64,000 nt of DNA from Klebsormidium nitens (lineage: Eukaryota > Plantae > Klebsormidiophyceae). Of the stretch, positions 10,758 to 22,020 are shown piece by piece. The stretch covers positions 77,264 to 141,263 of the forward strand of contig DF237160.1 of assembly GCA_000708835.1 (NCBI GenBank), given 5' to 3'. Numbering within the stretch: the stretch's first letter is position 1; each line of letters begins with the position of its first letter. The notes beneath the pieces are model-generated. The model searched no databases, was not told the DNA's origin, and saw nothing but the letters and a program-made list of their open reading frames with translations. A program made the translations under genes and the position numbers.

Positions 10758-13700
10758 ATGAAGGCTGCGCTGTCATTCATGCGCCAGAGGGTGCCAGAAA
10801 GACCTGGCGACAGCAGTCTGCCTGTTGAAGGAGGCAAGCAGGGCCAGTCAGGGTCTCTGAAAGTAGAGCAAGCTCGTTCAGTGCTGCAACGATTCTTTGG
10901 ACACGCCCACTTCAGGGGCCAGCAAGAAAGAGCTGTTTTGGCGGCGCTCAATGGCCGGGACTGCTTTGTCCTCATGCCAACAGGTTGGTCCCCTCATAGA
11001 ATATGTGATGTGCATGGTATCTAAAGCAAGTGGATTGGTTCAAAGGTGTGATTGTTGCAACCTCCTGCAAGCGATCCCCCTTTCTAGACTTGATTGGTCA
11101 CTAAGAGACAATGAATCCAGTCATCTCCAGAGACCTTGTGAAAGACTCTTCTCAGAGAATTGCAGTGAGAAGGTGGTGCAGTCTCAGCTTTGCTTCTCTT
11201 CTTCAATCGCATCCACATCATCATTCTTATTGCTTGTTCGATACCGCAATGCTGAGAATTTTATTTGCTGCCGCAGGTGGAGGCAAGTCTGTGAGTGGCC
11301 TACCCCCCTGTCTTCAGATGTTCACCGCCAGCGCTTGTTCTGAAACTTGTCTTGGAACAGTGTGTGATCATCTGTGATAGCAAGTGGGTTGTTTGTTTGC
11401 CTCCAATTGTTTCTCAATGCAAACACTGATTGATGAGACTAGACATATTATGGTTGACCAAGGTGATGATGGTTGTGCTTCCCAGGTGTGCTATCAATGT
11501 CCAGCACTTTGTGGAAGAGGCCTTGCACTGGTGGTTTCACCACTTATAGCCCTCATGGTAAGAGCACCTCTTTAGATTCAGTTGCATAACCTGACTGGCT
11601 ATTCATGATTAAAGTGTAGCCTTCATCGAAGGCGCAGGGCATGAGTGCAACTTTTCTGTCGGGAGTTTTGGTGTGTAGATTCCAGTGCAGAGAGAGGGAG
11701 AGGCGGATCTGTGAGTACACGAGTGTGAAAATAGATAGGAAGCAAGGGATTCCTTGTTGATGAGCTCATGTTGACGAGCTCGAATCTCAATGTATCTGCA
11801 ATTGCAGGAGGATCAAGTTGCTGCCTTGAAGAGGAAGAACGTCCCAGCAGAGTTCCTCTCTTCCACTCAGAAGACGTCATTGAAAGCGGAGGTGAGCCTG
11901 AGACTTTTCAACTTGACTCTGGCTACTGGAGAGACAGCTGTCTTAGCTTCTGAGAGGTTCGCTTCAGGACCTGAACCTCCCAGCTTTGACAGGGTCGATT
12001 CGAATCAGCACAGGAGACCGCTCCAGGTGGTATTGACTCGTAAAACCCATTCTTTTGACCAGCAAGCTTGGCAGACATGATTTGGATCACGGATATAAGC
12101 ATTTCAATCGTCCAGACCTTCTCATCCTGGCACAAGAGACTCACATCTCCTACCTTCTTGTCTGCAAAGAGAATCAGATATCCTGTTCTCCAGATCTACG
12201 ACGACCTGGCATCCGGGCGACCAGAAACCAAGCTTCTCTATGTCACCCCCGAGCTGATCGCAACCAAGGGCTTCATGGCCAAGCTCAGGAAACTGCACGG
12301 GAGAGGCCTGCTCAGTTTGATTGCCATTGACGAGAGTCATTGCATCTCTGCCTGGGGCCACGACTTCCGGCCAAGCTACGGGCGCCTTGCCGCACTCAAA
12401 GAACAGCTCCCAGGTGTGCCAGTCATGGCCCTAACGGCCACTGCAAACAAGACGTAAGTTCTCAGAAAGACTTAGCTTGACGCAATTTACGAGAGTATTG
12501 AACCTTCCTCAAGCAGGAGTACGCAATGCGTTGATTTTGAATCCTGGTTTCTGGGGATGTGTTGCTGCTTGAGTAGTCAGTGTTTCTGGACGGATTGCCA
12601 GTTATGGCCCTAACGGCCACCGCAAAGAAGACGTGCGTACGGCACTGGATTGCGAGCGACGTACACTCAGAGACTTCCTTAGTCTAATTCGACTAGATTC
12701 GGCTCAGCTGGACCCTGCCTGAAAGAGCTCAGTCTTGAGATTTGGTCCGTGTCACGTCAGTTCGGGCTAGCTTGAGAGATGTCTTGATACAGTTTCGGTT
12801 GAGGCTTCCATTCAAGATATGCTTTTCTTCGACAGAGGTTGGGTGTTCTAACGTGTTTACCCAATTTTTAGACGATGTACAAATGATGTACGAACCGCAT
12901 GCATGAACTACGAATCCCGGTTGAATGGAACAATTTGATCACTGTGTCCAGAGTTCAAGAAGACATCCTGCGCTCGCTCAACTTGGAACGGCCGCTCATT
13001 TTTCAAGCTTCTTTCAACCGACCGAACATCCGCTACGAAGGTGAGCGAAGTCGCGCGCTTCAAAGAAGACGTTTTGGACCAATCTTTAGCAGCTTCGTAC
13101 GAAGACTTGGGTGCTCCAGTGTAGGTACTCGTCCGCTCTTAAGCATGGCTTGACTTGTCAAACGAGTTCTCTGCTTCATAGAACTGTTGGATGTCAGTTT
13201 GAAAGGTATCAAACGGCCGAACGAAAGGGAGGGCACTCCTCTTGACCGTTTCTGAGTGCATAAACTGGTTATTAGGCAATAAAAGTCAGCCATCTTCCGA
13301 TACATCATGCGGCAATTACCCCTCGCAGGAATGATCAATCGGTGCTCCGGCAAATACTCAGTTCGTCCGTTCCAAATATTGAGGCTTTTACACGGATACT
13401 GTCACGCATGTTTGTGGTGTTCGCAAGCTTGAACTTTTACGCCTCAAGGACTCTTCCCGTGCAGTCCGCTTCAAGGACGTCTTTCCTGGTCAGGACGCGT
13501 TCCAGAAGCTCGTGCGGCTGCTGAACGACGTTGCGCGATCGTACTTATTCTGTACGCTCATTCATGTTTGTTTGTGGTCCTGGCGAGCTCAAACGTGCGA
13601 AGCGCTGAGAATTCTTCTCTTGCAGTGCGCTTCAAGGACGTGCTGCCTGGTCAGGACCCGTAACCAGGACCTCGTGCGGCTGCTGAACGTCAAACCGGGC

Positions 13701-16700
13701 CGGTGCACGACTCTATTGACTCTGTACCCTCGTTCTTGTAACTTTGAGGTTTGGCAAGCCGTTACTCTCAGTTTTGAAAGACTTCTCTCTTGCAGTGCGC
13801 TTCAAGGACGTGTTGCCCGGCCAGGACCCGTACCGGGACCTCGTGCGGCTGCTTAATGCTGAGCCGGGCCAGTGCGCGATCGTGTACTGCCTCTCGCGCA
13901 GCAGCTGCGACGGGCTCGCGGCTAGGCTGTTGAGCAACGGCATCCCTTGTAAACGTGAGCATTATGCAAGGTTCCGTAAGAGATCTGCTTTTTGTTATGA
14001 GTCGTTGAATATCAACAAATCTATGGCGATACAAAGATTTTGTTGATCTCTGGTTTCAGTAGTCCCACAGCATCCTCCGTACAACCTGCTTGTCTATGTT
14101 CATCCAGCACCAGGCTGTCTAATCCACGACCACATCCACCAGACTGGCTAATTACATTCTTCCAGCAGACCTCGCAGGCTGCCTGGAAGTAGCTGTAAGC
14201 GATTCTAACAACCAATATATGAGAGTGTCTGCTAATTCAGTACTGAGCAGTACTAACTGAACAAATTATGACGGCATACAGCGTACCATGCCGGTTTGCC
14301 GGACGCCGAGCGGTCGCGCACCCTCAAGGACTGGGTCACCGGGAGGATCCCCGTCGTTGCAGCCACTATAGCTTTCGGGTAAGGCTTCGGTCGCTGTACA
14401 AATCGTTCGAACCTGCTCCTCTTGCACAGTCTTCAGCTTTTCTGAGAAACTCTTGGCGGGATGTCCTCGCCCCATCGGCTGGCAACACGTGTCGAAACAG
14501 TCCACGATCTCGACTAGGATTTCTTTTGACGAAACCGGTCGGCTTCACCGCCTTGCGAGGCCGATCCAAGTACGGTCAGGTGCCTCAATGCACCACTTGA
14601 TTAATGGAAACCGAGGATGCAAAGCTGAACTTCCGTCACCGTCTCTGGAGATCCGTTTGGTTATCATCCCTCTGATTAATGGTGAGCATGCTTGAGCATA
14701 TTATGGACCGTCAATCGAAGGGCCAATAATCGAGGCGGGGTCGCATTCTGACTTCGACTGACGTGTGGTCCACCTGACGGCATCAGAGAACCACTTAGAG
14801 CTTCTTCGTTTCTCCAATGAAACGCATCACTCTGAAGGCCCGCAGCTAAGTTCTGATTCGTGCTAGTCAATGCGAAAGCTGTTGTCGGACGTCCGCTGCA
14901 GGATGGGGATCGACCGAGCGGACGTCCGGCTCGTGGTTCACTTCAACATGCCCAAGTCGATCGAAGGCTTCTACCAAGAGTCAGGCCGTGCGGGGCGTGA
15001 CGGGCAGCCCGCAAAAAGCGTTCTGTATTACGGAAGCGAGGACGAGTCCCTGATGGTAAGAGGACGGGCGTCTGGGACGCATTTGTTCGGTTGTTTGTTC
15101 AAAATGTGGCCGGTCGGTCGATCTTGTTGTGTCTCTTTCTTTTCTGAATGGCTGGCAGTATATCTGCTTTTGCTTTCAAGTGCCTGGCAGTGTCTTCGCT
15201 TCTGACAATGATAGCAGAATCAGCGTTTGCGCACTAATTCTGCTCGGCTTTGGTGGAAGTTCTGCAGGGTCAAAGTTCACATCTTGAGTCTGCCTTTCAA
15301 TACGTTGATACGAGAATCCGGTAAAGCACGTAAGGGGATCAGCACAGGACGCGAAAGCACAGAACATAGACCGTGTCCGTCCCGCGGCATCGATTCAAAC
15401 TACACTTGAGGCAGTCGTCGTCTTCATGACGTGGGCACATGACGTGGGCACTTGGCATTACCGGGCAGGCGATCAGGTAGTTTCGGTCGTTCAGGTCTAG
15501 GGCGAGTCTCAGAAAAGGAAGGCCTCAGATCGTTGATAAGCCATTTACTCGACCACAATTGTCGGCAGTACTGTGCTGAACACGCCGTCTCCTGCACCTG
15601 TCTGCAGCAATTCATTCTTCGAAAGGAGGTCGCGAAGATGCAGCAGAAACAGGGACCAAAGGCCGCCAACACGGAGCACGCATATGAGGCGTTCCAAGAG
15701 GTGCAGCAACCGACGTGCTCATTTTGTTGAACGCATTGGTATGTCTGAAAAACCTTAAGCGCGCGCGTCTGCGATCCCTCTTGTCCTTGCCTGCAAGACT
15801 CTAGAGCTGCCATAGGGTCCCCTGATACCCTAGCAGCGTTGTCTTTAATCTGCTGCAGTTCGTTCTTCAAGAGCCACCTGAATGATTGTTAGCAAGGCCT
15901 TGCCAATCGATAAGACTGATCAAAAATCATCTGACAGGGACGTTTCGTCTTGTGCATCCGGCGGCCCTTTACGAGCTCGCTTTTTCGGAAAAACATTCTG
16001 CTTTTCACATTCTAAATATGTGCGATTCAATGGTTCGCAGGTCGTCAAGTACTGCCAAGAAGCGGGCTGCCGCCGGAAGAGACTGCTTGCTTACTTTGGT
16101 GAAAACGTGAGGCCGCGTGTGTAGTCCATCTCACAAGATACTCCTGATCTGCATGCGCTCATAGACAATGCACAGAGAATTATATTTCCCATCCTTTTGC
16201 TGGCACCTGTCACAGAATTGAGTTCTTTTGAGTCGATGCTAAGGAAGAATCGATAACACCGGACGCTAGCTAGCCGGCAATCCGGAGTATCTCGCACGGA
16301 GCGCTGATTTTATGGCCAGCACTTCCCTTTGGAGACTCTCGCCTATCCTAGCGGGCAAAGCGTGCCCGAAAGGAAGACCACAGCTAGAGGACGCCTTGAC
16401 GGCGATCGCTGTTATCTATGATCCGTAAGTCTCTGCGAAGGTATAAATTGTGAAGTTATAGAGATGATCTGATTTGTCTGCAGGTAGACGTCAGCTTGTG
16501 CGAAGGTAAAGGCTGCGACGCCTGTGCGGACCCCCAGAAGCTGGACCTCATGCTCGCGCAACTGGCCCGGAAAATGAGCGAGCGAGCCGCGGGAACGAGC
16601 AACTACCGGGGAAACATGTGAGGTCTCATCACCATTGCTCTTCTTTGCGTGGGCTGGTTGACCACAGGAAGTGCTCGGCGCCGGATACTTGATAAAGTCC

Positions 16701-19700
16701 CAATCAGGTTTGGAAGGAGACGAGCCGAGAATTATTGCTTGGAGTGGCTTGTGCTTTTTGGAATCCGGGCTGGCCTGTCCGTAATGATTTTGAAGAGTCT
16801 CAGCTGACAGGGCTACCTCTGTGTTTACAAGGGTACCAAACATTTCCCAAAGGCATTCCGCTCTTTCTTTCGTTCTTCTTCCGCAATGAGGATCCCTCGT
16901 TCCGCGCGCATCTTCCTGGGTCCACTTTCTATGGTGGTTTCAACGGTGCGACGAACATAGCGACAAGAGAACTATTGTTTGCCTCGCAGGGCTTCCAGCA
17001 CGGCCGAGGAAGACAGCTACGAGATTCCAAAAAGCTCTTTCATTCTTTCTACGGTATCCTCCACTTTCGTTGCATGCAAACGCTCCTGAACAAAAGTGCC
17101 TTTCAAACGATGGCAAACGTGACGACGAGAATGATTTTGCCTGCCTTGCAAGGCTTCCAGCTCGGGCGAGGAAGACGGATACAAGTATTCAAAGAGCTCT
17201 TTTGGTAAACTCTCGTCCTTTACCATATCCGCGGTGAGAAACCACCTCTTGAAGGAGTGGCGAGCTTAATGACGATCACGATTCTTGTATGCCTTGCAGG
17301 GCTTCCATTACGGCCGGAGAAGACGGGGACGAGTGCCCCAAGAGCTTCTCTGTTAAATTCTCTGTCGTGCGATTTAAATGATCCACCTCTTACAGGAATG
17401 GCGTAACGACGAGAATGAATTTTTCTTCCTTGCAGGGCTTCCAGCACGGCCGAGGAAGACGGGTACGAGTACCCCAAGCAGTTTTATTACACCCTCGTTT
17501 CGTACGAGTTGCGCGAAAGGACAATTAACTTTTAATCCAAATGGCAAACGTGACAACAAAAGGATATCTGTCTCCCTTGCAGGGCTTCCAGCACGGCCGT
17601 GGAGGACGGGTACGAGTACCCCAAGAGCTACCGGGACAGCGAGTTTTGGAACCGGGACGACGAGGACGGCGCCCCGAAAGAGGGAGAGGACGACGTATCT
17701 GAAAGTTCTGAGGGTGAGCCTGTGCCGCGTGGTGTCTCTCCAAAATTGCTTTTACGCTTTTGTGTATTGGCGGGCACGAATTCGGCAGACTTTTATCTGT
17801 CGCCAAGAAGTACGGGACGGAAAGGTTGATCTGGTAATCGGTGGTTGGGAACTCAGAAGAGCAAGCTGGGACGCGTCCACGTCGCTGAACACAGCATAGT
17901 TAGCACTTAGTCAAGGTAGACCGTCCCTTCTACGAGCAAATCCTAACCGGTAGTATACAGAAAGGTTTGCACGAAGCCCATGGTTACAAGGTGCGGTTTC
18001 TTTGCCAAGAGGGAGTTGACCAGTCGCGCGCCGTGCTCGTGAAATACAGCACTAAATACGACGATGCATGTAACATGGAGTTACTGCCGTTTCTGATGAA
18101 TGGCCCGAGCGCTGGACTCAACAGGAAATCTGAACCACTTGCGTTCCGTGAAAAATCCTTGTGAGAACGGTTTTCAATCTTGGTTCCTCGACTGAAGGGC
18201 CCACTCGTTGTTTCTGACAGACGAGGAGGCAGTTGCTGCGGCTCAGCGCGTTTCAAAGTCTTTGGGAAAGCAAGCCACCTTCAAAGAGAGCCTCAACAAG
18301 TACGAACGGGCGGAAGAAGCGTACGACCGACAAAGCCTCAAGGTAAGGCCTGAGGTAGAGGTGTGAATAACCCGTACAACCTGGCACTTCTCCAGGCAAG
18401 CTCGAAAGTATCCGCCGATTGGTCTGCTCAGTTTAGAAACCGAGCGTGCGGGGCGCAAATTGGTGCTCGATGTGCATACCTAGCTCTTGATGCACGTTAC
18501 CGAGCGAGTTCGTAGATCTTTCCAGTTGAGAATGGTGCGGTTGCTGCACAATGTTCAGGACAACGTCTTTGTCTCCACCTCTCTGTTGCTTTGGATGGTC
18601 TGTGCGTGCGCGTGGTTGGCGTTAGACGGACGCCAAAAGTGCTCCAATGATATTTCGTCTCATAATGCCCGTTGTTGTACTAATCACCGGCGCTTCGACT
18701 AACATGACTCCGTTTCCGCCCGACAGTCCAAGAGCGCGGCGGCGAGCAACCGGAACGCCATCACGGACGCGCTCCGGGAGCAGATTCGGCAGAACGTGCT
18801 GCAGAAGCTGGAGAAGAGCCCGGCGGCAGCGTCGACATCCAAGTGAGTCCGCAAACTCCGTGCGCCCCGTTCATTGGAGCGGCTGTGGCTGTTGAACGCT
18901 ATGCAATTTGGTTGAACAGGGCTCGTCCCAGGAAACCTGAGTATGTAACAAAGAAGGTTGTGGTCTACGATGTTGCCACGCGGCCGAAAAATTGGCTCCC
19001 CTGCAAGAAAGCGGTCTTCGAATCTGTTGTTGAGGAGGGCGAAGAGCCCATCTGCCGGTCCTTAGTCAGACAGAAACGCATGCTTTAACGGTTGAGACCA
19101 TTCCTTCCCCTCAACCGAAAGTAGTCCGAAGGACCATTGAAGCTTTCAGCGATGGTACTTAATGAAGCACGTGTGAGAGCCCGTGTCAAAGCTAGATCTC
19201 GTTGTGTTTCTGGTACCATATGTCTACTGTCACAGCGTTTTGAGGTCAGGCTCGTATCTGTCATAAGACGTGGCATGCGGAAGTAGTAGCCGACAAGCAT
19301 AGCCAGACCATCTACTCCGGAGTCGCCAAGCGCGGATGCGTCAAGAACGCCCTCTCTGACCACAGGCAACGTTTTCGAGCGCCTTCTCGAAACCTTACAC
19401 AAATCTTTACATCACGACAGGTTCGTTACAGATCCAGCGCGGCCCATCCGTTAGAACGAAAGTCCTTCGACAAGTGCGCCAAGAGCAGCCCAAAAGTCTA
19501 GCAGAGCCCTCTGCTGGGCCGTTCGACTACCTTTTAACCGACATTACCACTGATTCTGCTTTGCGTCTCATTGCAAAGAAGTGCTGAGTAACCCGGCCCG
19601 GGCGTTGGAGCGCGAGTCCTTTGCCATATGCGGCAACAGCAGCCGGGAAGAGTTCAAAAAGCCTATTTCTAGCCTTCCACAAATTTCCGTCCTCGGACTT

Positions 19701-20354
19701 ATTTGAACTGTCTCATAACTTCCTCAACTTTTTGGCAAAACAAAGAACAGAAAGATTGAGCAGTGCGGCCCACGCGTTGGAACACGAATCCTCTGCCAAG
19801 GGCGGCAAGAGCAGCTGGGAATTGTACAAGGGGCGTTCCACGTACCTTCCAAACATCGTCCTCATCGACTTAACCGTCCGTCTCATTGCAGAGAAACGCT
19901 GAGTAACGCGGCCCGGGAACTGGAGCGCGAGTCCTTTGCCAAGTGCGGCAAGAGCAGCCGGGAAGTGTACAAGAGCCACGCTCTCGGGCTGATGCGATGG
20001 GCCGCGAACGCGACCCTGGAACAACTGTGCGCGCGGTTCGGAGCGCTCTTCGAGGCGTCCGATGGCGCAGCGAGTGCCAGTGGGAGCGCTAGCAAAGTGG
20101 TGACAGGAGTTGAAGGCCAGCGGCAAACGGCAGCGGCTTTGTCCGGCCAGAAACGGAAGATAGACGGCAGCAGTACTAAGAAAAATGTTGTGGGCAGGAG
20201 TTCGGTAGATGCGTCAAAGCAGAGAGGGATCGGGACGGGACCGGAGCAGTTTTCGCAGCCGCCCCCAATCCTGTCGTTTGACGAGTTTCGGGAGCAAGAG
20301 AAGGTGCAGCGGAAGAAAGCAACGTGCAAAAACAGTGACGCTATCGACCCTTAG
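10758..20354 (+). CDS. RECQL3: RecQ helicase, plant RECQ3 (RECQL5-like) type, about 16 exons
   Basis: [10 protein letters not shown]...RDCFVLMPT / GGGKS (14-nt exon 11277-11290) / VCYQCPAL...VVSPLIALM / [22 protein letters not shown]...[20 protein letters not shown] / [10 protein letters not shown] / CAIVYC / YHAGL...ATIAFG / MGIDRADVR...[12 protein letters not shown] / RQC Zn module [18 protein letters not shown]...CDAC. The sequence follows Arabidopsis RECQ3 as recalled. The last exon begins at 19892. Confidence 0.95.
13455..13880 (+). repeat. Three tandem copies of a RECQ3 acceptor plus exon start
   Basis: GCAG|T[GC]CGCTTCAAGGACGT...GG.CAGGAC.CGT...CTCGTGCGGCTGCT at AG 13464, 13625 and 13795. 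Confidence 0.9.
16940..17640 (+). repeat. Tandem array of five 136-162 bp units, each an intron 3' end plus the first ~55 nt of a RECQ3 exon
   Basis: TTGCAG|GGCTTCCAGCACGGCCG...GAAGACGG.TACGAG motif at acceptor positions 16989, 17151, 17299, 17435 and 17582 (functional copy). Confidence 0.9.
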
Positions 20355-21051
20355 AACCGAGAATGTTGGATGGAGACCTGAAGTCCTTTGTCTCGATTTT
20401 TCATTTGATCGAGACTGAGTCTGGATTCCAAGTAGATGAGCTACGGGGAGACTGTCCGTTAACATCTTACAGTCTTTGGCATGCATATTATTTGTGGAGG
20501 ATTCTTGTAGAAAGTGAGCATACACTGTCCACTAAACACAATCTGGTGATCAGCATGCTAGTTAATGACGTACATGTTGCACGCATGTGACAAGCACATT
20601 GCGCTTGAGGTTGACTGGAGGCTAGTTTCATCGCTATGGCTACTTCACCGGCCGCGCGTGTGGCTTCGCGTCCATCTACTTTCCCATTCGGCTGCCTGCT
20701 CTTGCAGTTGTGTGACTGTTTCGAGGCTGCCTTGTGTACTCAGATATCCATCTAGACATGTAGTAGAACAGTAGTCGGTGCCGGTGATGTTTGATATCTA
20801 CCTGGGTTGGCGTTGCTAGCATGCGCAGTTGGCATGCTGCGGCAATTCTAGACCGTCATGACTAGCGCGGCCATTTATACTAGAATGCAAACCGCATTTT
20901 AAAGGCTTAAAACGACGGCTTTGCCAGAGACCTTGCGCCGGGCCCCGTAAGCTCCACGCCCATGGCGCCATGATCGCACCATAAGGGCGTTGATGTAAAT
21001 CATGGAGATCGATCACCGTGACTACAGCTGTTACATAACCGGTATCCGCAA

Positions 21052-21405
21052 ATGCCACAGGGTGCAATCGTCACCGCCACTGTCACTAATCTGGGCGCGG
21101 GCGCGGGCGTGGGCAGTGACGTCATGATCATTGCAACGCCGGTGCCGCCCGCGCCGACCGAGTTTCGGATGTTCAAATCGGATCGCTGTACGTACGTCGC
21201 CGAGTCGGAGTCCGGACAGCTCCGAAATTCCGAAACCTTGAGGTTGCGGTCGGCGAATCTTGAGTCGAGACCAAGGATTGGTTGGCCCCCAGCTGTGATT
21301 TGTGCTTATGTCCACGTGGTCCACGTGCACCTCACTTTCTGCAACGTGTCGCGCGCTCGAGGCCCAGCGTATCACCTGAAAGCGGCGACGCTCAGCTTCA
21401 TCTGA
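21052..21405 (+). CDS. Hypothetical ORF or gene fragment
   Basis: GC3-rich, coding-like codons (TVTNLGAGAGVGSDVMIIATPVPPAPTEFRMFK); no family recognised. Confidence 0.2.
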   Translation: MPQGAIVTATVTNLGAGAGVGSDVMIIATPVPPAPTEFRMFKSDRCTYVAESESGQLRNSETLRLRSANLESRPRIGWPPAVICAYVHVVHVHLTFCNVSRARGPAYHLKAATLSFI

Positions 21406-22020
21406 GCGCCCACGTTTGCCATTGTATGCCAGTCCACGACTACAGGCAAGCCCACATTGTCCGTTCGATACCAGTTTCAGTGTGGCGGCAGTCTAGGCCC
21501 TACACTTTTACAGTGTCCTTTGTCTGTCTGGTAATACCGGGATTCCAGCTGGCGAGGTTCGTTTGCCTGCGTTCGTAAAGGGACGGCAGCCAATCGTCCA
21601 GCGAAGCGGGGTTTCTGGCCGGGCCGGCTGCTTCCCAATCACGGATCGCATGCAGAGCGACAAGGCGCATGGAGTTGAATCATGCAAATGATGATGCATG
21701 GATCAATGAATGGGAGTACCGTACTGAGATCTGTAGACTGCAGACCTGTAGTGCTTGAGACGACATAGAGTATTGCAATCTGCAACAGGCAAGACTTGCA
21801 ACACTGTTGGGCGGATTACTATGCTGTCCCCGCTCATCACAGATTGCAGTCTCTCTGCCTGAGGATCACCAAGATAAAAGCTTTTGCCCAACGCATTTTT
21901 CCAGCATTCTCAGTATTACCATTAGCAACTAACTTGATTCACCAGAAGACTGCTATACACTGATCGAACCAGATTATAGTTTGATCCCACTTACAATCAA
22001 GGAGCTTCAACCACAACACC

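Noticed and set aside
16735-17208. 157-aa ORF with repeated GFQxGRGR; the array superficially resembles CRISPR
   Set aside because: It is the off-frame reading of the splice-acceptor array. Units are long and degenerate, with homologous 'spacers', in a eukaryote with no cas genes.
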